Source of the DNA: Micrococcales bacterium
GTDB lineage: Bacteria > Actinomycetota > Actinomycetes > Actinomycetales > Microbacteriaceae
DNA length: 57,771 bases
NCBI GenBank assembly: GCA_046074285.1
Contig: JBJTOA010000101.1
Span: 1 to 57,771 of the forward strand
Reading direction: 5' to 3'
In this document: piece by piece, positions 1-12,628 of the stretch
Position numbering within the stretch: position 1 is the stretch's first letter
Layout: the number at the start of each line of letters is the position of its first letter
Notes under the pieces: model-generated
Database searches by the model: none
Told to the model about the DNA's origin: nothing
What the model saw: the letters and a program-made list of their open reading frames with translations, nothing else
Translations under genes and position numbers: made by a program

Positions 1-2
1 AA

Positions 3-317
3 TATGACCGTGAGGTGCCCGAGGTGGAGCAAATCTCGGAATCCAGCTCCCTGGTAAACGCCCGTTACTCTTTATTCGATCTTGGCGAGCTATTTGACCT
101 AGAACTTGAAGACGAAGATGTCGATACCGTGGGTGGTTTGCTGGCTAAGGAGCTAGGCAGACTCCCAAAGCAAGGCGAGTTTGTTCAGGTCAGCGGCCTG
201 ATACTTACCGCGGATCGAATCGAGCCACGGCGCAAGCGCTTGGTGACGGTAGTTGTGCAACAGACTCAGGCGCTTGCCGGAGCAGAAGCAGCCCTTGAGG
301 AAAATAATGAGCTTTAG
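3..317 (+). CDS. Hemolysin/CNNM family protein, C-terminal CorC/HlyC transporter-associated domain (5'-partial)
   Basis: Frame is open from the window start. The motif 'EDVDTVGGLLAKELGRLP..GE.V..SGL' is typical of CorC_HlyC, and the gene lies directly upstream of era as is usual in Actinobacteria. Confidence 0.8.
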   Translation, partial: YDREVPEVEQISESSSLVNARYSLFDLGELFDLELEDEDVDTVGGLLAKELGRLPKQGEFVQVSGLILTADRIEPRRKRLVTVVVQQTQALAGAEAALEENNEL

Positions 318-1194
318 ATCTGGTTTCGTATCGTTTGTTGGTCGTCCGAATGTCGGAAAATCGACCCTTACTAACGCTCTGGTAGGTGAGAAGATCGCCA
401 TCACCAGTGCAAAACCGCAGACCACGCGCCGTGCCATTCGCGGAATTGTTCACCTAGCCGAAGGGCAGCTGATTTTGGTTGACACACCGGGGCTTCACCG
501 CCCAAGGACTCTGCTGGGTGAGCGCCTAAACGATTTAGTCGAATCAACCCTGAGCGAAGTTGACGTTATCGGATTCTGCGTGCCAGCTAACGAAAAAATC
601 GGCCCGGGAGACAAGTTCATAATTGAGCAGTTGGATTCTTTTCGTCGAGCCAAAAAAGTTGCCATTGTCACCAAGGCAGAGCTAGTCGATCGCAAGACTC
701 TTGCCGAACAGTTGTTGGCAGTTTCTGCTCTTAGGGAATGGGATGACATAGTGCCCGTTTCGGCTTTGGGGGAACAGCAGCTAGATGTCCTTGGCAAGGT
801 TTTGGTTGCCTTGCTACCCGAAGGCCCGGCACTTTACCCAGCAGACGCGGTCACCGATGAATCAATCGAGGATCGCATTTGCGAGCTAATTCGTGAGGCC
901 GCATTGGAAGGTGTGCGCGACGAGCTACCGCATTCGCTTGCGGTGACCATCGATGAAATAAATCAACGCCCAGACAAGCCACTGATTGACGTGCACGCCA
1001 ACGTATTCGTTGAGAGAGACAGCCAGAAGTCGATCATTATTGGCAAGGGCGGTTCACGCCTGCGGGACCTTGGCTCCAAGGTTCGCCCCGAGATTGAGCA
1101 ACTGCTGGGATCAAAGGTCTTTCTTGGAATTCGAGTCAAGGTGGCGCAAGACTGGCAGCGCGACCCAAAGCAGCTTGGCAAATTGGGCTTCTAG
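307..1194 (+). CDS. era: GTPase Era
   Basis: GRPNVGKST, DTPG, KPQTTR and a C-terminal KH domain (SQKSIIIGKGG). ATG at 307 is preferred over the longer ORF start at 253. Confidence 0.96.
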   Translation: MSFRSGFVSFVGRPNVGKSTLTNALVGEKIAITSAKPQTTRRAIRGIVHLAEGQLILVDTPGLHRPRTLLGERLNDLVESTLSEVDVIGFCVPANEKIGPGDKFIIEQLDSFRRAKKVAIVTKAELVDRKTLAEQLLAVSALREWDDIVPVSALGEQQLDVLGKVLVALLPEGPALYPADAVTDESIEDRICELIREAALEGVRDELPHSLAVTIDEINQRPDKPLIDVHANVFVERDSQKSIIIGKGGSRLRDLGSKVRPEIEQLLGSKVFLGIRVKVAQDWQRDPKQLGKLGF

Positions 1195-1210
1195 CCTGAG
1201 CCAAGGCCTG

Positions 1211-3067
<1,857 letters not shown>

Positions 3068-3086
3068 GTCTTGCGACAATTAAGCC

Positions 3087-3812
3087 GTGCCCCTTTATCG
3101 CGACGAAGCCGTGGTTTTGCGCACCTACAAGTTAGGTGAAGCTGACCGCATTGTTACCCTGCTCAGCAAGCAGCACGGTCAATTTCGCGCGGTAGTCAAA
3201 GGTGTTCGTCGCACGTCGAGCAAGTTCGGAGCCAAGCTAGAACCTTTCATGGTGGTTGATGGTCAATTCGCCGAAGGTAAGTCGCTCGATGTGGTTTCAC
3301 AAGCTGAAACTTTGCACGCTTTCGGCCTTGAGATCATGGAAGACTACGCTGCTTACACCGCTGCGCACGCCATAGTTGAAGCCGCTGAGCGCCTCACCAG
3401 CGATGAAGCCACCCAGCAGCAGTATTTACTGCTAGTCGGGGCGCTTCGAAGTCTCAGCCGCAAAGAACATCAGCCCGGCTTGATTCTCGATAGCTATCTA
3501 TTACGAGCCCTTTCGCTCTCAGGATGGGCCCCGAATTTCTCCGCCTGCGCGAACTGCGGGGAACCCGGAATGCACGGCGCATTTGTCGTGCAACTTGGCG
3601 GCGTAGTTTGCGAAAACTGTCGCCTGGCCGGTGCCGCGGTGCTTGACGCCGAGGCAATCGCTCTTTTAGCAGCTCTGCTAACCGGTGATTGGCAGGTGGC
3701 AGATAACTCGACAGAGCGCGCCAAACAGGCAGCATCGGGTATTGTTGCGGCATATAGCCAGTACCACATCGAACGTGGGCTGAAATCTCTTTCACATGTG
3801 GAGCGCCAATGA
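3087..3812 (+). CDS. recO: DNA repair protein RecO
   Basis: [19 protein letters not shown], zinc-binding CxxC...CxxC, and recO-uppS synteny. Confidence 0.95.
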   Translation: MPLYRDEAVVLRTYKLGEADRIVTLLSKQHGQFRAVVKGVRRTSSKFGAKLEPFMVVDGQFAEGKSLDVVSQAETLHAFGLEIMEDYAAYTAAHAIVEAAERLTSDEATQQQYLLLVGALRSLSRKEHQPGLILDSYLLRALSLSGWAPNFSACANCGEPGMHGAFVVQLGGVVCENCRLAGAAVLDAEAIALLAALLTGDWQVADNSTERAKQAASGIVAAYSQYHIERGLKSLSHVERQ

Positions 3813-4582
3813 CCGAGTATCTGCCTCTGGATTACACCGGCGTAAAACCAGGCAAGTTTGCCGGTGCTGTGCCCGAGCACATCGCCGTTGTGATGGATGG
3901 CAACGGGCGCTGGGCAAATCAACGTAGTCTAACTCGTGTCGAGGGGCACAAGGCTGGTGAGGCTGCGCTGCTAGATGTAGTAGCCGGAGCCATTCAAGCC
4001 GGGGTAAAGCATCTGACGGTCTACGCATTTTCAACTGAAAACTGGAAGCGCTCACCTGACGAGGTGCGTTTTCTCATGGGCTTCAATCGCGAGGTGCTTC
4101 GTCGCCGCCGTGACCAACTGAATGAGTGGGGTGTTCGGATTCGCTGGGCAGGTAGAAGACCGCGCCTCTGGGCATCCGTCATTAGTGAACTGCAGACCGC
4201 TGAGCGCATGACTCGCAAAAATAACACGCTCACGTTAACCATGTGCGTCAACTACGGTTCTCGAATTGAAATCGTGGATGCCATCAATGAAATGGCAGCC
4301 GAGATTGCAAGCGGAAAGTTAAAGCCGGGAGCCATCACCGAGAAAACCGTGCAGAAGCACCTGCTCACTGCCGAGCTACCAGACGTTGACCTTTTCGTTC
4401 GAAGCTCGGGCGAGCAGCGGGCCAGCAATTTCTTGCTCTGGCAGAGTGCTTATGCAGAGTTCGTGTTCTTAGACACACTTTGGCCTGATTTCACGCGAAA
4501 AGACCTCTGGGAAGCCATCAACATCTATCACTCGCGTTCACGCCGCTTCGGTGGGGCAGTAGATAAACCGAAAAACGCATAA
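3809..4582 (+). CDS. uppS: Isoprenyl transferase (undecaprenyl/decaprenyl diphosphate synthase)
   Basis: [21 protein letters not shown] and RSSGEQR.SNFLLWQ motifs. Confidence 0.95.
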   Translation: MTEYLPLDYTGVKPGKFAGAVPEHIAVVMDGNGRWANQRSLTRVEGHKAGEAALLDVVAGAIQAGVKHLTVYAFSTENWKRSPDEVRFLMGFNREVLRRRRDQLNEWGVRIRWAGRRPRLWASVISELQTAERMTRKNNTLTLTMCVNYGSRIEIVDAINEMAAEIASGKLKPGAITEKTVQKHLLTAELPDVDLFVRSSGEQRASNFLLWQSAYAEFVFLDTLWPDFTRKDLWEAINIYHSRSRRFGGAVDKPKNA

Positions 4583-4637
4583 ACTTAGAACTTCGCACGT
4601 TCCTCGCAATCCAGCGGGGCTGACTATTGGAGACAAT

Positions 4638-6017
4638 GTGGCAACCACCAACAACCTCGACGCGGTAATCTCGCTAGCTAAGCGCCGCGGCTTCGTTTTT
4701 CAAGCCGGAGAAATCTACGGCGGAAGCCGATCGGCGTGGGACTACGGACCTCTAGGCGTAGAGCTCAAAGAAAACATCAAGCGCCAGTGGTGGCGCGCAA
4801 TGGTCAACTCTCGCGAGGATGTTGTCGGTCTAGACAGTAGCGTTATTCTTCCTCGAAAGGTCTGGGAAGCGTCTGGCCACGTTCGCGAATTTACCGACCC
4901 GCTTATCGAGTGCACTTCTTGTCACAAGCGTTTTCGTCAGGATCACCTCGAAGAAGCCTTCGAGGCCAAAAAGGGGCGCCTACCTTCGTCACTTGCCGAA
5001 CTTCCTTGCCCAAACTGCGGCAGCAAAGACATCTGGACTGAACCGAAACTCTTCAACGGCCTGCTTAAGACTTTCTTGGGCCCGGTTGAAGCAGAGGAAG
5101 GCCTGCACTACCTGCGACCTGAGACAGCACAGGGTATCTTCGTCAATTTCGCCAACGTTCTCGGTGCATCTCGCATGAAGCCACCTTTCGGTATTGGACA
5201 AATCGGAAAGTCTTTCCGCAACGAAATTACCCCTGGAAACTTCATTTTTAGAACTCGCGAGTTCGAGCAGATGGAGATGGAATTCTTCGTTGAGCCAGGT
5301 ACCGACGAGGAATGGCACGAATACTGGATTCAGCAGCGTTTCAACTGGTACACCGACCTGGGAATCAACCCTGAGAACCTTCGCTTGTTTGAGCACCCGA
5401 AAGAGAAGCTCTCACACTATTCAAAGCGCACGGTCGACATCGAGTACAAGTTCGGTTTCACCGGTAGCGAATTTGGTGAGCTAGAGGGCATCGCCAACCG
5501 CACCGACTTCGACTTGCGCACCCACTCGCAAGAGTCGGGCACCGACCTCAGCTACTTCGATCAGACTAAGAACGAACGCTGGTACCCATACGTAATCGAA
5601 CCTGCGGCTGGTTTGACTCGCTCGCTGATGGCCTTTTTAGTGGATGCTTACGCCGAGGACGAAGCCCCGAATACCAAGGGTGGCGTCGACGTTCGTACCG
5701 TGCTTCGACTCGACTATCGCTTGGCACCGGTCAAGGCTGCAGTTCTGCCGCTGAGCCGCAACGAAGACCTTTCGCCGGTAGCTCGCAACCTGGCTCAAGA
5801 GCTTCGCGGTTACTGGAACATCGACTTCGATGACTCTGGAGCCATCGGTAGACGCTATCGCCGCCAGGATGAAATCGGCACCCCGTTCTGCATCACCGTT
5901 GACTTCGAGTCTCTCGAAGACCAGGCGGTTACGGTTCGCGAACGTGACACCATGCAGCAGGAGCGTGTCTCGCTCAGCAAGCTTCGTGAATACCTCGCGG
6001 TCAAACTACTCGGCTAA
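4638..6017 (+). CDS. glyQS: Glycine--tRNA ligase (homodimeric alpha2 type)
   Basis: [32 protein letters not shown] and [16 protein letters not shown]. Confidence 0.96.
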   Translation: MATTNNLDAVISLAKRRGFVFQAGEIYGGSRSAWDYGPLGVELKENIKRQWWRAMVNSREDVVGLDSSVILPRKVWEASGHVREFTDPLIECTSCHKRFRQDHLEEAFEAKKGRLPSSLAELPCPNCGSKDIWTEPKLFNGLLKTFLGPVEAEEGLHYLRPETAQGIFVNFANVLGASRMKPPFGIGQIGKSFRNEITPGNFIFRTREFEQMEMEFFVEPGTDEEWHEYWIQQRFNWYTDLGINPENLRLFEHPKEKLSHYSKRTVDIEYKFGFTGSEFGELEGIANRTDFDLRTHSQESGTDLSYFDQTKNERWYPYVIEPAAGLTRSLMAFLVDAYAEDEAPNTKGGVDVRTVLRLDYRLAPVKAAVLPLSRNEDLSPVARNLAQELRGYWNIDFDDSGAIGRRYRRQDEIGTPFCITVDFESLEDQAVTVRERDTMQQERVSLSKLREYLAVKLLG

Positions 6018-6023
6018 AGGTAA

Positions 6024-7184
6024 ATGAAGCCACTTCAATACGGCAAAATCACCATCGACACGCCAGTCGTACTGGCACCGATGGCTGGCATTACCAACAC
6101 CGCATTTCGCAGACTCTGTCGAGAATATGGCGGAGGGCTTTACGTATCTGAAATGGTCACCTCACGCGCTCTGGTAGAACGCACTGAAGAATCGATGCGG
6201 TTAATTGGTCATCACGAAAGTGAAGACATCCGTTCGGTTCAGCTCTACGGTGTCGACCCGAAAACCATTGCCCAGGCAGTAACCATGTTGGTCGCTGAAA
6301 ATCGAGCAGACCACATTGACCTGAACTTCGGATGCCCAGTGCCCAAGGTCACGAGAAAAGGCGGGGGAGCCGCGCTGCCCTGGAAGCAGGATCTTTTTTC
6401 AGCTATCGTGACCGAAGCTGTTAGGGCTGCCGGCGATGTGCCGCTAACTGTGAAAATGCGCAAGGGAATCGATCAGGATCACCTGACGTTTCTAGACGCC
6501 GGCAAGGCAGCCCGCGACGCCGGAGCAACGGCAATTGCGCTGCACGGTCGCACTGCCGCAGATTATTACTCTGGCGAGGCAGATTGGAATGCCATCGCCG
6601 AACTACGCGAATCTCTGCCTGATGTTACTGTGCTTGGCAACGGAGACATTTGGTCTGCCGCAGATGCCATCAAAATGATGCGCACCACCGGCGTAGACGG
6701 TGTGGTTATCGGTCGCGGATGCCTCGGCCGGCCTTGGCTTTTTGCTGACCTGCAGGAAGCTTTTGATGAGTACGCCAGAGACCCAAATTCAGACGCAGCG
6801 ATTAACCTTGCGCAGCCAACACTTGGCAAAGTTGCGGCGGGATTCAAGCAGCACGCCGTCTTGCTAACCGAGTATTTCGAAGATGAACTGCGCGCTTGCC
6901 GTGACATTCGCAAGCATGTGGCCTGGTACTTCAAAGGCTATTCTGTCGGGGGCGAGTTCAGAGCTGAACTAGCTCAGGTCTCAAGTTTGAACCACATGGA
7001 TGAGATCCTGGGCAAGTTAGATGCAGACTCACCGTACCCGGGAGAGGCAGCCGAGGGGCCGCGAGGTCGATTGGGCAGTGCGAAAACCTGCAGCCTTCCA
7101 GAGAAGTGGCTCGACTCGAGAGAGCTTCAGGGCAGTCAGAAGGCTACTCTTCTAGAAGCAGAACTAAACGTTTCGGGTGGGTAA
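6024..7184 (+). CDS. dusB: tRNA dihydrouridine synthase DusB
   Basis: LAPMAG, DLNFGCP, HGRT and GNGDI motifs. Confidence 0.93.
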   Translation: MKPLQYGKITIDTPVVLAPMAGITNTAFRRLCREYGGGLYVSEMVTSRALVERTEESMRLIGHHESEDIRSVQLYGVDPKTIAQAVTMLVAENRADHIDLNFGCPVPKVTRKGGGAALPWKQDLFSAIVTEAVRAAGDVPLTVKMRKGIDQDHLTFLDAGKAARDAGATAIALHGRTAADYYSGEADWNAIAELRESLPDVTVLGNGDIWSAADAIKMMRTTGVDGVVIGRGCLGRPWLFADLQEAFDEYARDPNSDAAINLAQPTLGKVAAGFKQHAVLLTEYFEDELRACRDIRKHVAWYFKGYSVGGEFRAELAQVSSLNHMDEILGKLDADSPYPGEAAEGPRGRLGSAKTCSLPEKWLDSRELQGSQKATLLEAELNVSGG

Positions 7185-8434
7185 TGGGATACAGCGATTT
7201 TGACCGCGAGCGGTTCTTAGCAGAAGACCGCTCAACTAGCGCTAGACGTGACGAATTCGCTCGCGACCGAGCACGTGTGCTGCACAGTTCTGCGCTGCGA
7301 AGACTCGGCGCTAAGACTCAGGTGCTCGAAGCGGGTAAAACCGATTTTGCTCGCACTCGACTAACTCACTCACTCGAAGTCGCGCAAATCGGTCGCGAGA
7401 TGGCAAATGACCTTAGTCTGAATGCTGACGTAGTTGACCTGGCCTGCCTCGCTCACGATTTGGGTCACCCGCCTTTCGGTCACAATGGCGAAACCGCTCT
7501 AGATGCCTGGGCTGAATCCATTGGCGGTTTTGAGGGCAACGCGCAAACCTTGCGCCTGCTGTCAAGAATCGAACCTAAAGTTTTCACTGAATCGGGGCGC
7601 TCGGTCGGTCTCAACTTGACCAGGGCCGCTCTCGATGCCACCTGCAAGTACCCGTGGAAGCGCATCGAGTCAAATCTGGCAGGCGAAGGTAAGACCGTAA
7701 AGTTCGGCTACTACGAAGATGATTCAGATGTTTTTCACTGGATGCGTCAGGGATCTCAAATCGGTGTGAAAGCCGCCGAAGCTCAGGTCATGGATTTCGC
7801 AGATGACGTTGCCTATAGCGTTCACGATTTCGAGGATGCAATCGTTAGCGGTTACGTTCAACTTTCAGAGCTTGCCAACCCAGCGAATGAAGCCGCATTC
7901 GTTAGGCAGATCGCCGATTGGAACCTTAACAAGACCTCGCACGATGAACTAGCGCAGGCGCTTAATCGCCTTCAGTCACTCGAATACTGGCCAACCAGTT
8001 ACTCGGGCACGCCAACAGATTTAGGTCGACTGAAGAACCTGACTAGCTCATTGATTGGTCGTTTCGTTAGGTCAACCACCGATGCGAGCTACGAATCAGC
8101 CGGCGATGAAAACTTTGCGAGGTACAGCAGTTCGATTGTTATTCCGGCCGAGGTTAAGGCTGAAATAGCGGTGCTCAAAGGAATCGTTTCGGTTTTCTTG
8201 ATGTCTCTTGAATCGCGCCGCGGTCACTACGAGTGGCAGCGCCTGATTCTCACCGAACTAGCCGATGCTCTGCTTTCGAAAGCTGGCAAAGAATTGGACG
8301 CCTACTCGAGCGGTGCCTGGCAGCAGGCAGGCGACGAGGTAAGTCAACGCCGCGTGATAGTTGACCAAATCGCATGTCTGACTGATCAGAGCGCCCTCGA
8401 CTGGCACCACAGACTAGTCACCAAGCGCGCCTAG
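7184..8434 (+). CDS. dgt: Deoxyguanosinetriphosphate triphosphohydrolase (HD superfamily)
   Basis: RDRARVLHS, RTRLTHSLEVAQ and HDLGHPPFGHNGE. ATG 7184 overlaps the dusB stop (TAATG). Confidence 0.93.
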   Translation: MGYSDFDRERFLAEDRSTSARRDEFARDRARVLHSSALRRLGAKTQVLEAGKTDFARTRLTHSLEVAQIGREMANDLSLNADVVDLACLAHDLGHPPFGHNGETALDAWAESIGGFEGNAQTLRLLSRIEPKVFTESGRSVGLNLTRAALDATCKYPWKRIESNLAGEGKTVKFGYYEDDSDVFHWMRQGSQIGVKAAEAQVMDFADDVAYSVHDFEDAIVSGYVQLSELANPANEAAFVRQIADWNLNKTSHDELAQALNRLQSLEYWPTSYSGTPTDLGRLKNLTSSLIGRFVRSTTDASYESAGDENFARYSSSIVIPAEVKAEIAVLKGIVSVFLMSLESRRGHYEWQRLILTELADALLSKAGKELDAYSSGAWQQAGDEVSQRRVIVDQIACLTDQSALDWHHRLVTKRA

Positions 8435-8444
8435 GATTGTAGGC

Positions 8445-10298
8445 ATGGCAGGCAAGATACGTGCTCAGGATATCGCTGAGATAAAGTCGCGCATCAATAT
8501 CGCCGACATTGTGGGGGAGTACGTAAGTCTAAAACGCGCCTCGGTTGGTTCACTAAAGGGGCTGTGCCCATTCCACGATGAAAAGTCGCCTTCTTTCAAT
8601 GTGAACCAAGTTCAGGGTTTCTATCACTGCTTCGGCTGCGGTGAGGGTGGCGATGTATATAAGTTTCTCGAAAACATCGAAAAGATTTCTTTCTACGATG
8701 CTGTTGAGCGTCTAGCTGCGCGCATAAGTTTTCAAATCACCTATGAGGCTGGCGGAACTGCACCCGAACAGGGGGCGCGAAATCGAATTCTCGAAGCCAA
8801 TCGAATGGCGGCTGAGTTTTACCAGTCGCAGTTGATGAGCGACGAGGCAAGCTCCGGTCGTGACTTTCTCAAGGGTCGCGGATTCGATAAAGCTGCGGCT
8901 GAACAGTTCGCAATCGGCTATGCGCCCAAAGGTTGGAGTGCGCTTACCGATCACCTGAAGTCAAAAGGTTTCAGCATCGAAGAACTGGTGTCTGCCGGAT
9001 TAGCGAGCCAAAGCGATAAGGGCGGCTATGACAAGTTTCGCGGGAGACTAATCTGGCCAATCCGCGATGCTGCCAGCGCTGTAATCGGATTCGGAGCCCG
9101 CAAGCTCTATGACGACGACAACGGGCCGAAATATCTGAACACTTCTGACACCGTGGTTTATCACAAGTCGCAAGTTCTTTACGGAATTGATCTCGCCAAG
9201 AAAGACATTGGCAAAAAGCATCAGGTTGTGGTTGTCGAGGGCTATACCGACGTGATGGCTTGCCACCTTGCTGGCATCACCACTGCGGTAGCCAGTTGCG
9301 GAACCGCTTTTGGTGACGACCACATTCGCATTCTGAACCGCATGCTCGGGGATGGCAAAGATGTTCCGGCCGAGGTTATCTTTACTTTCGACCCCGATGC
9401 TGCCGGTCAGAAGGCCGCGATGCGCGCGTTCGCTGACGCTCACAAGTTCAATGCTCAGACTTACGTTGCAGTCGGCCCCGAGGGGCTAGACCCCTGTGAC
9501 CTTAGAAGTGCCAAGGGTGACGAAGCTGTAGTTCAAATGATTACCGACAAGCGGCCAATGTTTGAGTTTGCCATCAAAACCAAACTGGCACCGTTTGATC
9601 TTTCTGCACTTGAAAATCGGGTGGCGGCGGCTAGGGCGGCATCCAGTGTGATTTCGCAGATTGGCGACACTGCGCTTCGAAGCGCGTATACCCGCGAACT
9701 CGCAACCATGGTCAGCCTTGATGTTTCTGAGGTCGCGCGCGTGGTCGAAGAGGCGATAAAGCTGAATCGAAATGAAACTATTTCGAAACTTCGCCTCGAG
9801 CCAGTTGCGCTGCCAGAGCAACCTGTGAACGCTCATGGTGCGCTTCCCGAAGTGAACCTAAATGATCCGCAAAATCGCATTGACCGAATGGTGCTCGAAG
9901 TTTTGCTACAGGTGACTGACGGTTATACGGCTAATCAATTCACCAGAATCGCCAGGGCCGGAATGGCAGCCCCAGCTCACCAGGCCATTCTTTCTTACCT
10001 GTTGCAGAGCGTTGAAGCCGGGCTCAATATTGAGCAGTTGGTTTCTAATGCGCCTGAAAACCTGGCAGTTGCACTTCGAACTATCGTCACCAAGCCTTTA
10101 CCTGCAACCGACGAAGAGTCGCTCAAAAAGTACGCCAGCGGGGTGATCAACAAAGCCATCGAAAATGTTTTGCAGCGTGAGAAGCAAGACTTGCTAGCCG
10201 AACTTAGAAGAACCGATTCAGGTACACAGCGTTACCGCTTGATTCAGCAGGGCATTGTCGATATTGATCGTGAAATTCACTCGAATAAGGAACACTAA
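8445..10298 (+). CDS. dnaG: DNA primase
   Basis: CPFHDEKSPSF zinc finger, KYLN, EGY.DV and DPDAAG Toprim motifs. Confidence 0.97.
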   Translation: MAGKIRAQDIAEIKSRINIADIVGEYVSLKRASVGSLKGLCPFHDEKSPSFNVNQVQGFYHCFGCGEGGDVYKFLENIEKISFYDAVERLAARISFQITYEAGGTAPEQGARNRILEANRMAAEFYQSQLMSDEASSGRDFLKGRGFDKAAAEQFAIGYAPKGWSALTDHLKSKGFSIEELVSAGLASQSDKGGYDKFRGRLIWPIRDAASAVIGFGARKLYDDDNGPKYLNTSDTVVYHKSQVLYGIDLAKKDIGKKHQVVVVEGYTDVMACHLAGITTAVASCGTAFGDDHIRILNRMLGDGKDVPAEVIFTFDPDAAGQKAAMRAFADAHKFNAQTYVAVGPEGLDPCDLRSAKGDEAVVQMITDKRPMFEFAIKTKLAPFDLSALENRVAAARAASSVISQIGDTALRSAYTRELATMVSLDVSEVARVVEEAIKLNRNETISKLRLEPVALPEQPVNAHGALPEVNLNDPQNRIDRMVLEVLLQVTDGYTANQFTRIARAGMAAPAHQAILSYLLQSVEAGLNIEQLVSNAPENLAVALRTIVTKPLPATDEESLKKYASGVINKAIENVLQREKQDLLAELRRTDSGTQRYRLIQQGIVDIDREIHSNKEH

Positions 10299-11216
10299 TT
10301 GGTTGATCCACAGTTGATTGCAATCGAACCAAGACAATTTCAGCCGTACGTAACAGCTGTAGAAAGTGCTGGCGCAAGAGTTGCGGCTATGTCGGCAGAT
10401 GTTGGTGCACTGATCTGGACTGACTACGCTAGACCGCACTTGCTCGAGCAGTTGCTCGATGAAAATCCGCAAGTCAAGTGGGTTCAACTGCCCTATGCCG
10501 GGGTAGATGCGTTCGAAAAGTCGATCAAACGAAACATCCACTTCACGAGCGCCAAAGGTTCTTATCGTGAACCGGTTGCCGAACACGCTCTCATGCTCGC
10601 TATGGCTCTCGGTCGCAAACTGGCAGATCGCGTTCGAGCCACAGCCTGGGGCAAGAAGTTCGCAGTATCGCTCTACGACAGCAAAGTCTTGATTGTTGGC
10701 GGCGGTGGCATCACCGAAGAGCTGATCAAACTGCTCGCCCCATTTAGAGCAGAAATCACGGTCATCAGAAATCGTGTTGAAGCACTCGAAGGTGCCACTA
10801 GAGTTTTACCGCTCAGCAACCTTGATGAAGAACTTGTGGCTAGCGATTTCGTTTTTCTGGCCTGCGCTCTGACTGAATCGACAAAGGATCTGTTTAACCT
10901 AGCCAGGTTCAGAGCCATGAACTCTGCCGCTTACCTAATCAACATTGCCCGGGGTCCGGTTGTGGTTACCGAAGACCTGATTACAGCATTGAATTCAGGC
11001 ATGATTGCGGGAGCTGCGCTCGATGTCACGGATCCCGAGCCCCTGCCGGTCGGTCACCCACTCTGGCAGGCATCCAATGTTTTAATCACTCCGCACACTG
11101 CCGATACCGACGCTCAGGTGCTTCGTCTGTTCTCAATTCGCCTAGTTGAAAACACCAAAGCCTATCTGGGCCAAGGTGAATGGGTCGGAACCGTTGACTC
11201 AAAACTGGGCTACTGA
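10299..11216 (+). CDS. D-isomer-specific 2-hydroxyacid dehydrogenase family protein
   Basis: GGGGI NAD-binding motif, INIARG, ALDVTDPEPLP and ITPH.A. Confidence 0.88.
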   Translation: MVDPQLIAIEPRQFQPYVTAVESAGARVAAMSADVGALIWTDYARPHLLEQLLDENPQVKWVQLPYAGVDAFEKSIKRNIHFTSAKGSYREPVAEHALMLAMALGRKLADRVRATAWGKKFAVSLYDSKVLIVGGGGITEELIKLLAPFRAEITVIRNRVEALEGATRVLPLSNLDEELVASDFVFLACALTESTKDLFNLARFRAMNSAAYLINIARGPVVVTEDLITALNSGMIAGAALDVTDPEPLPVGHPLWQASNVLITPHTADTDAQVLRLFSIRLVENTKAYLGQGEWVGTVDSKLGY

Positions 11217-11268
11217 TTTGGCTAGTTAGCAATCCTTTGCTAACATTTTCAAAGCGCGCAAGCGTTAT

Positions 11269-11344
11269 TCCTCGATAGCTCAATTGGCAGAGCATTCGGC
11301 TGTTAACCGGAGGGTTCTTGGTTCGAGTCCAAGTCGGGGAGCCA
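11269..11344 (+). tRNA. tRNA-Asn (GTT)
   Basis: Acceptor stem TCCTCGA/TCGGGGA, anticodon loop CT-GTT-AA, T-loop GGTTCGAGTCC and an encoded CCA. Confidence 0.96.
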
Positions 11345-11370
11345 CTTCTTTGTGATTCTTAGGAGGCCAC

Positions 11371-12627
11371 TTGATTCAGTGGATCCAAAAATCTGACTGG
11401 CTTCCAGAGATTTATTTAGCCTGCGTGCTACTAATCGCGGGTCTATTGCCAGACACCATCAACCAAGGTTGGCAAGGTGCCCTGGCTGCCGCAGCCTTTG
11501 TTATCGGAATCATCTTTCTTCGCAAATTTGAATACCTTGCGCTCGTGCTCTCAGCGGTTTCTGCAGCTGTCTCGATCTGGTTCAGTCTCGACCCTCTGAT
11601 AACGGGTGTGCTCACACTTCTAGGCGTATTTTTCATCTCTGCTTTCGGGCGTCTACTCTGGTCAGCGCTCTACACGGCGAGCGCTTTCTTGGCGGGAATC
11701 GTGGTAATCGCTCACACCTGTTTTGACTCACCGCTGCTTGAAAACATCTACGGTCTTGCCATATTCAGTGACATCGGTCGCTGGAGCGCATTCATCATCA
11801 TTTCGCTAGTCACGCTCGTCATACTCACTCTGGCTTGGCTAGTTGGAAACTGGTTCATCGTGCAGCACAAAGAGAGACTTTTGCAACGTGAACGATCGGC
11901 CATCGATGAAAAACAGATTCGTCTTGCTATTGACCTAGCTGAGCAAAATGAACGTATGGGAATTGCGCGCGACTTGAATCTGGTCACCACGCAGCAACTT
12001 TCGGCATCAATCGCACTTATCGAGGGTGCTCGTTACGCTTCGAAAATTGATGCCGAGGTGGCAACCCGCACCCTCGAGCGCGTTGAAGGCTTGTTGCGAG
12101 AAACTCATACCGAACTACAGCAGCAGCAAGACGCGCTCAGTCATGGAGTTAGCATCGCTCCTGCTCCGCCAAACATTTTCGACCTCGATGCACTCATGAT
12201 TCAGTACCGAGAAATCGGCTACAACTGCACGCTTAAGCATCAGGGCGAACAGCACGCACTGATTGATAGTGCAGAGCTAGCTATTTACCGAATCGTTTTT
12301 GATGCACTCGGCAATATTCGCAAGCACGCAGTAATCGGCACCGACATAACCGTCGACCTAACTTGGCAGGATGGCGGACTGCAGCTGCTAATCAAAGACA
12401 ACGGAACCGAAACAGCCAGAAAAGTAGACAACCACACCGGCGCAGGCGACTACAACGTGAATGACGACCTTGAAGCACTGGTTTCAGAAGTCGATGGGGT
12501 AGGCATTCGCACCATGCGAGAGCGTGCTGAAATCATTGGAGGTAGCCTCGAGGCTAAGGTGGTGCCCGGAGTTGGTTTCACTGTGAATGCCCTTTTCCCG
12601 AACCTGCAGACCATCCTGAAGGGCTAA
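11371..12627 (+). CDS. Membrane sensor histidine kinase-like protein (HisKA_3/NarX-type); H-box His missing
   Basis: Several N-terminal TM segments, ER..IARDL, N box (YRIVFDALGNIRKHA), DNG and G.GI..MRER...GG.L. Confidence 0.82.
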   Translation: MIQWIQKSDWLPEIYLACVLLIAGLLPDTINQGWQGALAAAAFVIGIIFLRKFEYLALVLSAVSAAVSIWFSLDPLITGVLTLLGVFFISAFGRLLWSALYTASAFLAGIVVIAHTCFDSPLLENIYGLAIFSDIGRWSAFIIISLVTLVILTLAWLVGNWFIVQHKERLLQRERSAIDEKQIRLAIDLAEQNERMGIARDLNLVTTQQLSASIALIEGARYASKIDAEVATRTLERVEGLLRETHTELQQQQDALSHGVSIAPAPPNIFDLDALMIQYREIGYNCTLKHQGEQHALIDSAELAIYRIVFDALGNIRKHAVIGTDITVDLTWQDGGLQLLIKDNGTETARKVDNHTGAGDYNVNDDLEALVSEVDGVGIRTMRERAEIIGGSLEAKVVPGVGFTVNALFPNLQTILKG

Positions 12628-12628
12628 C

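Noticed and set aside
4583-4637. Possible T-box riboswitch upstream of glycyl-tRNA synthetase
   Set aside because: The gap is only 55 nt and has no T-box motif.
7150-7184. DusB ends in Gly-Gly, like a ubiquitin-type or Pup-type tail
   Set aside because: There is no beta-grasp domain or conjugation gene nearby, and such tails seem ordinary for actinobacterial DusB.
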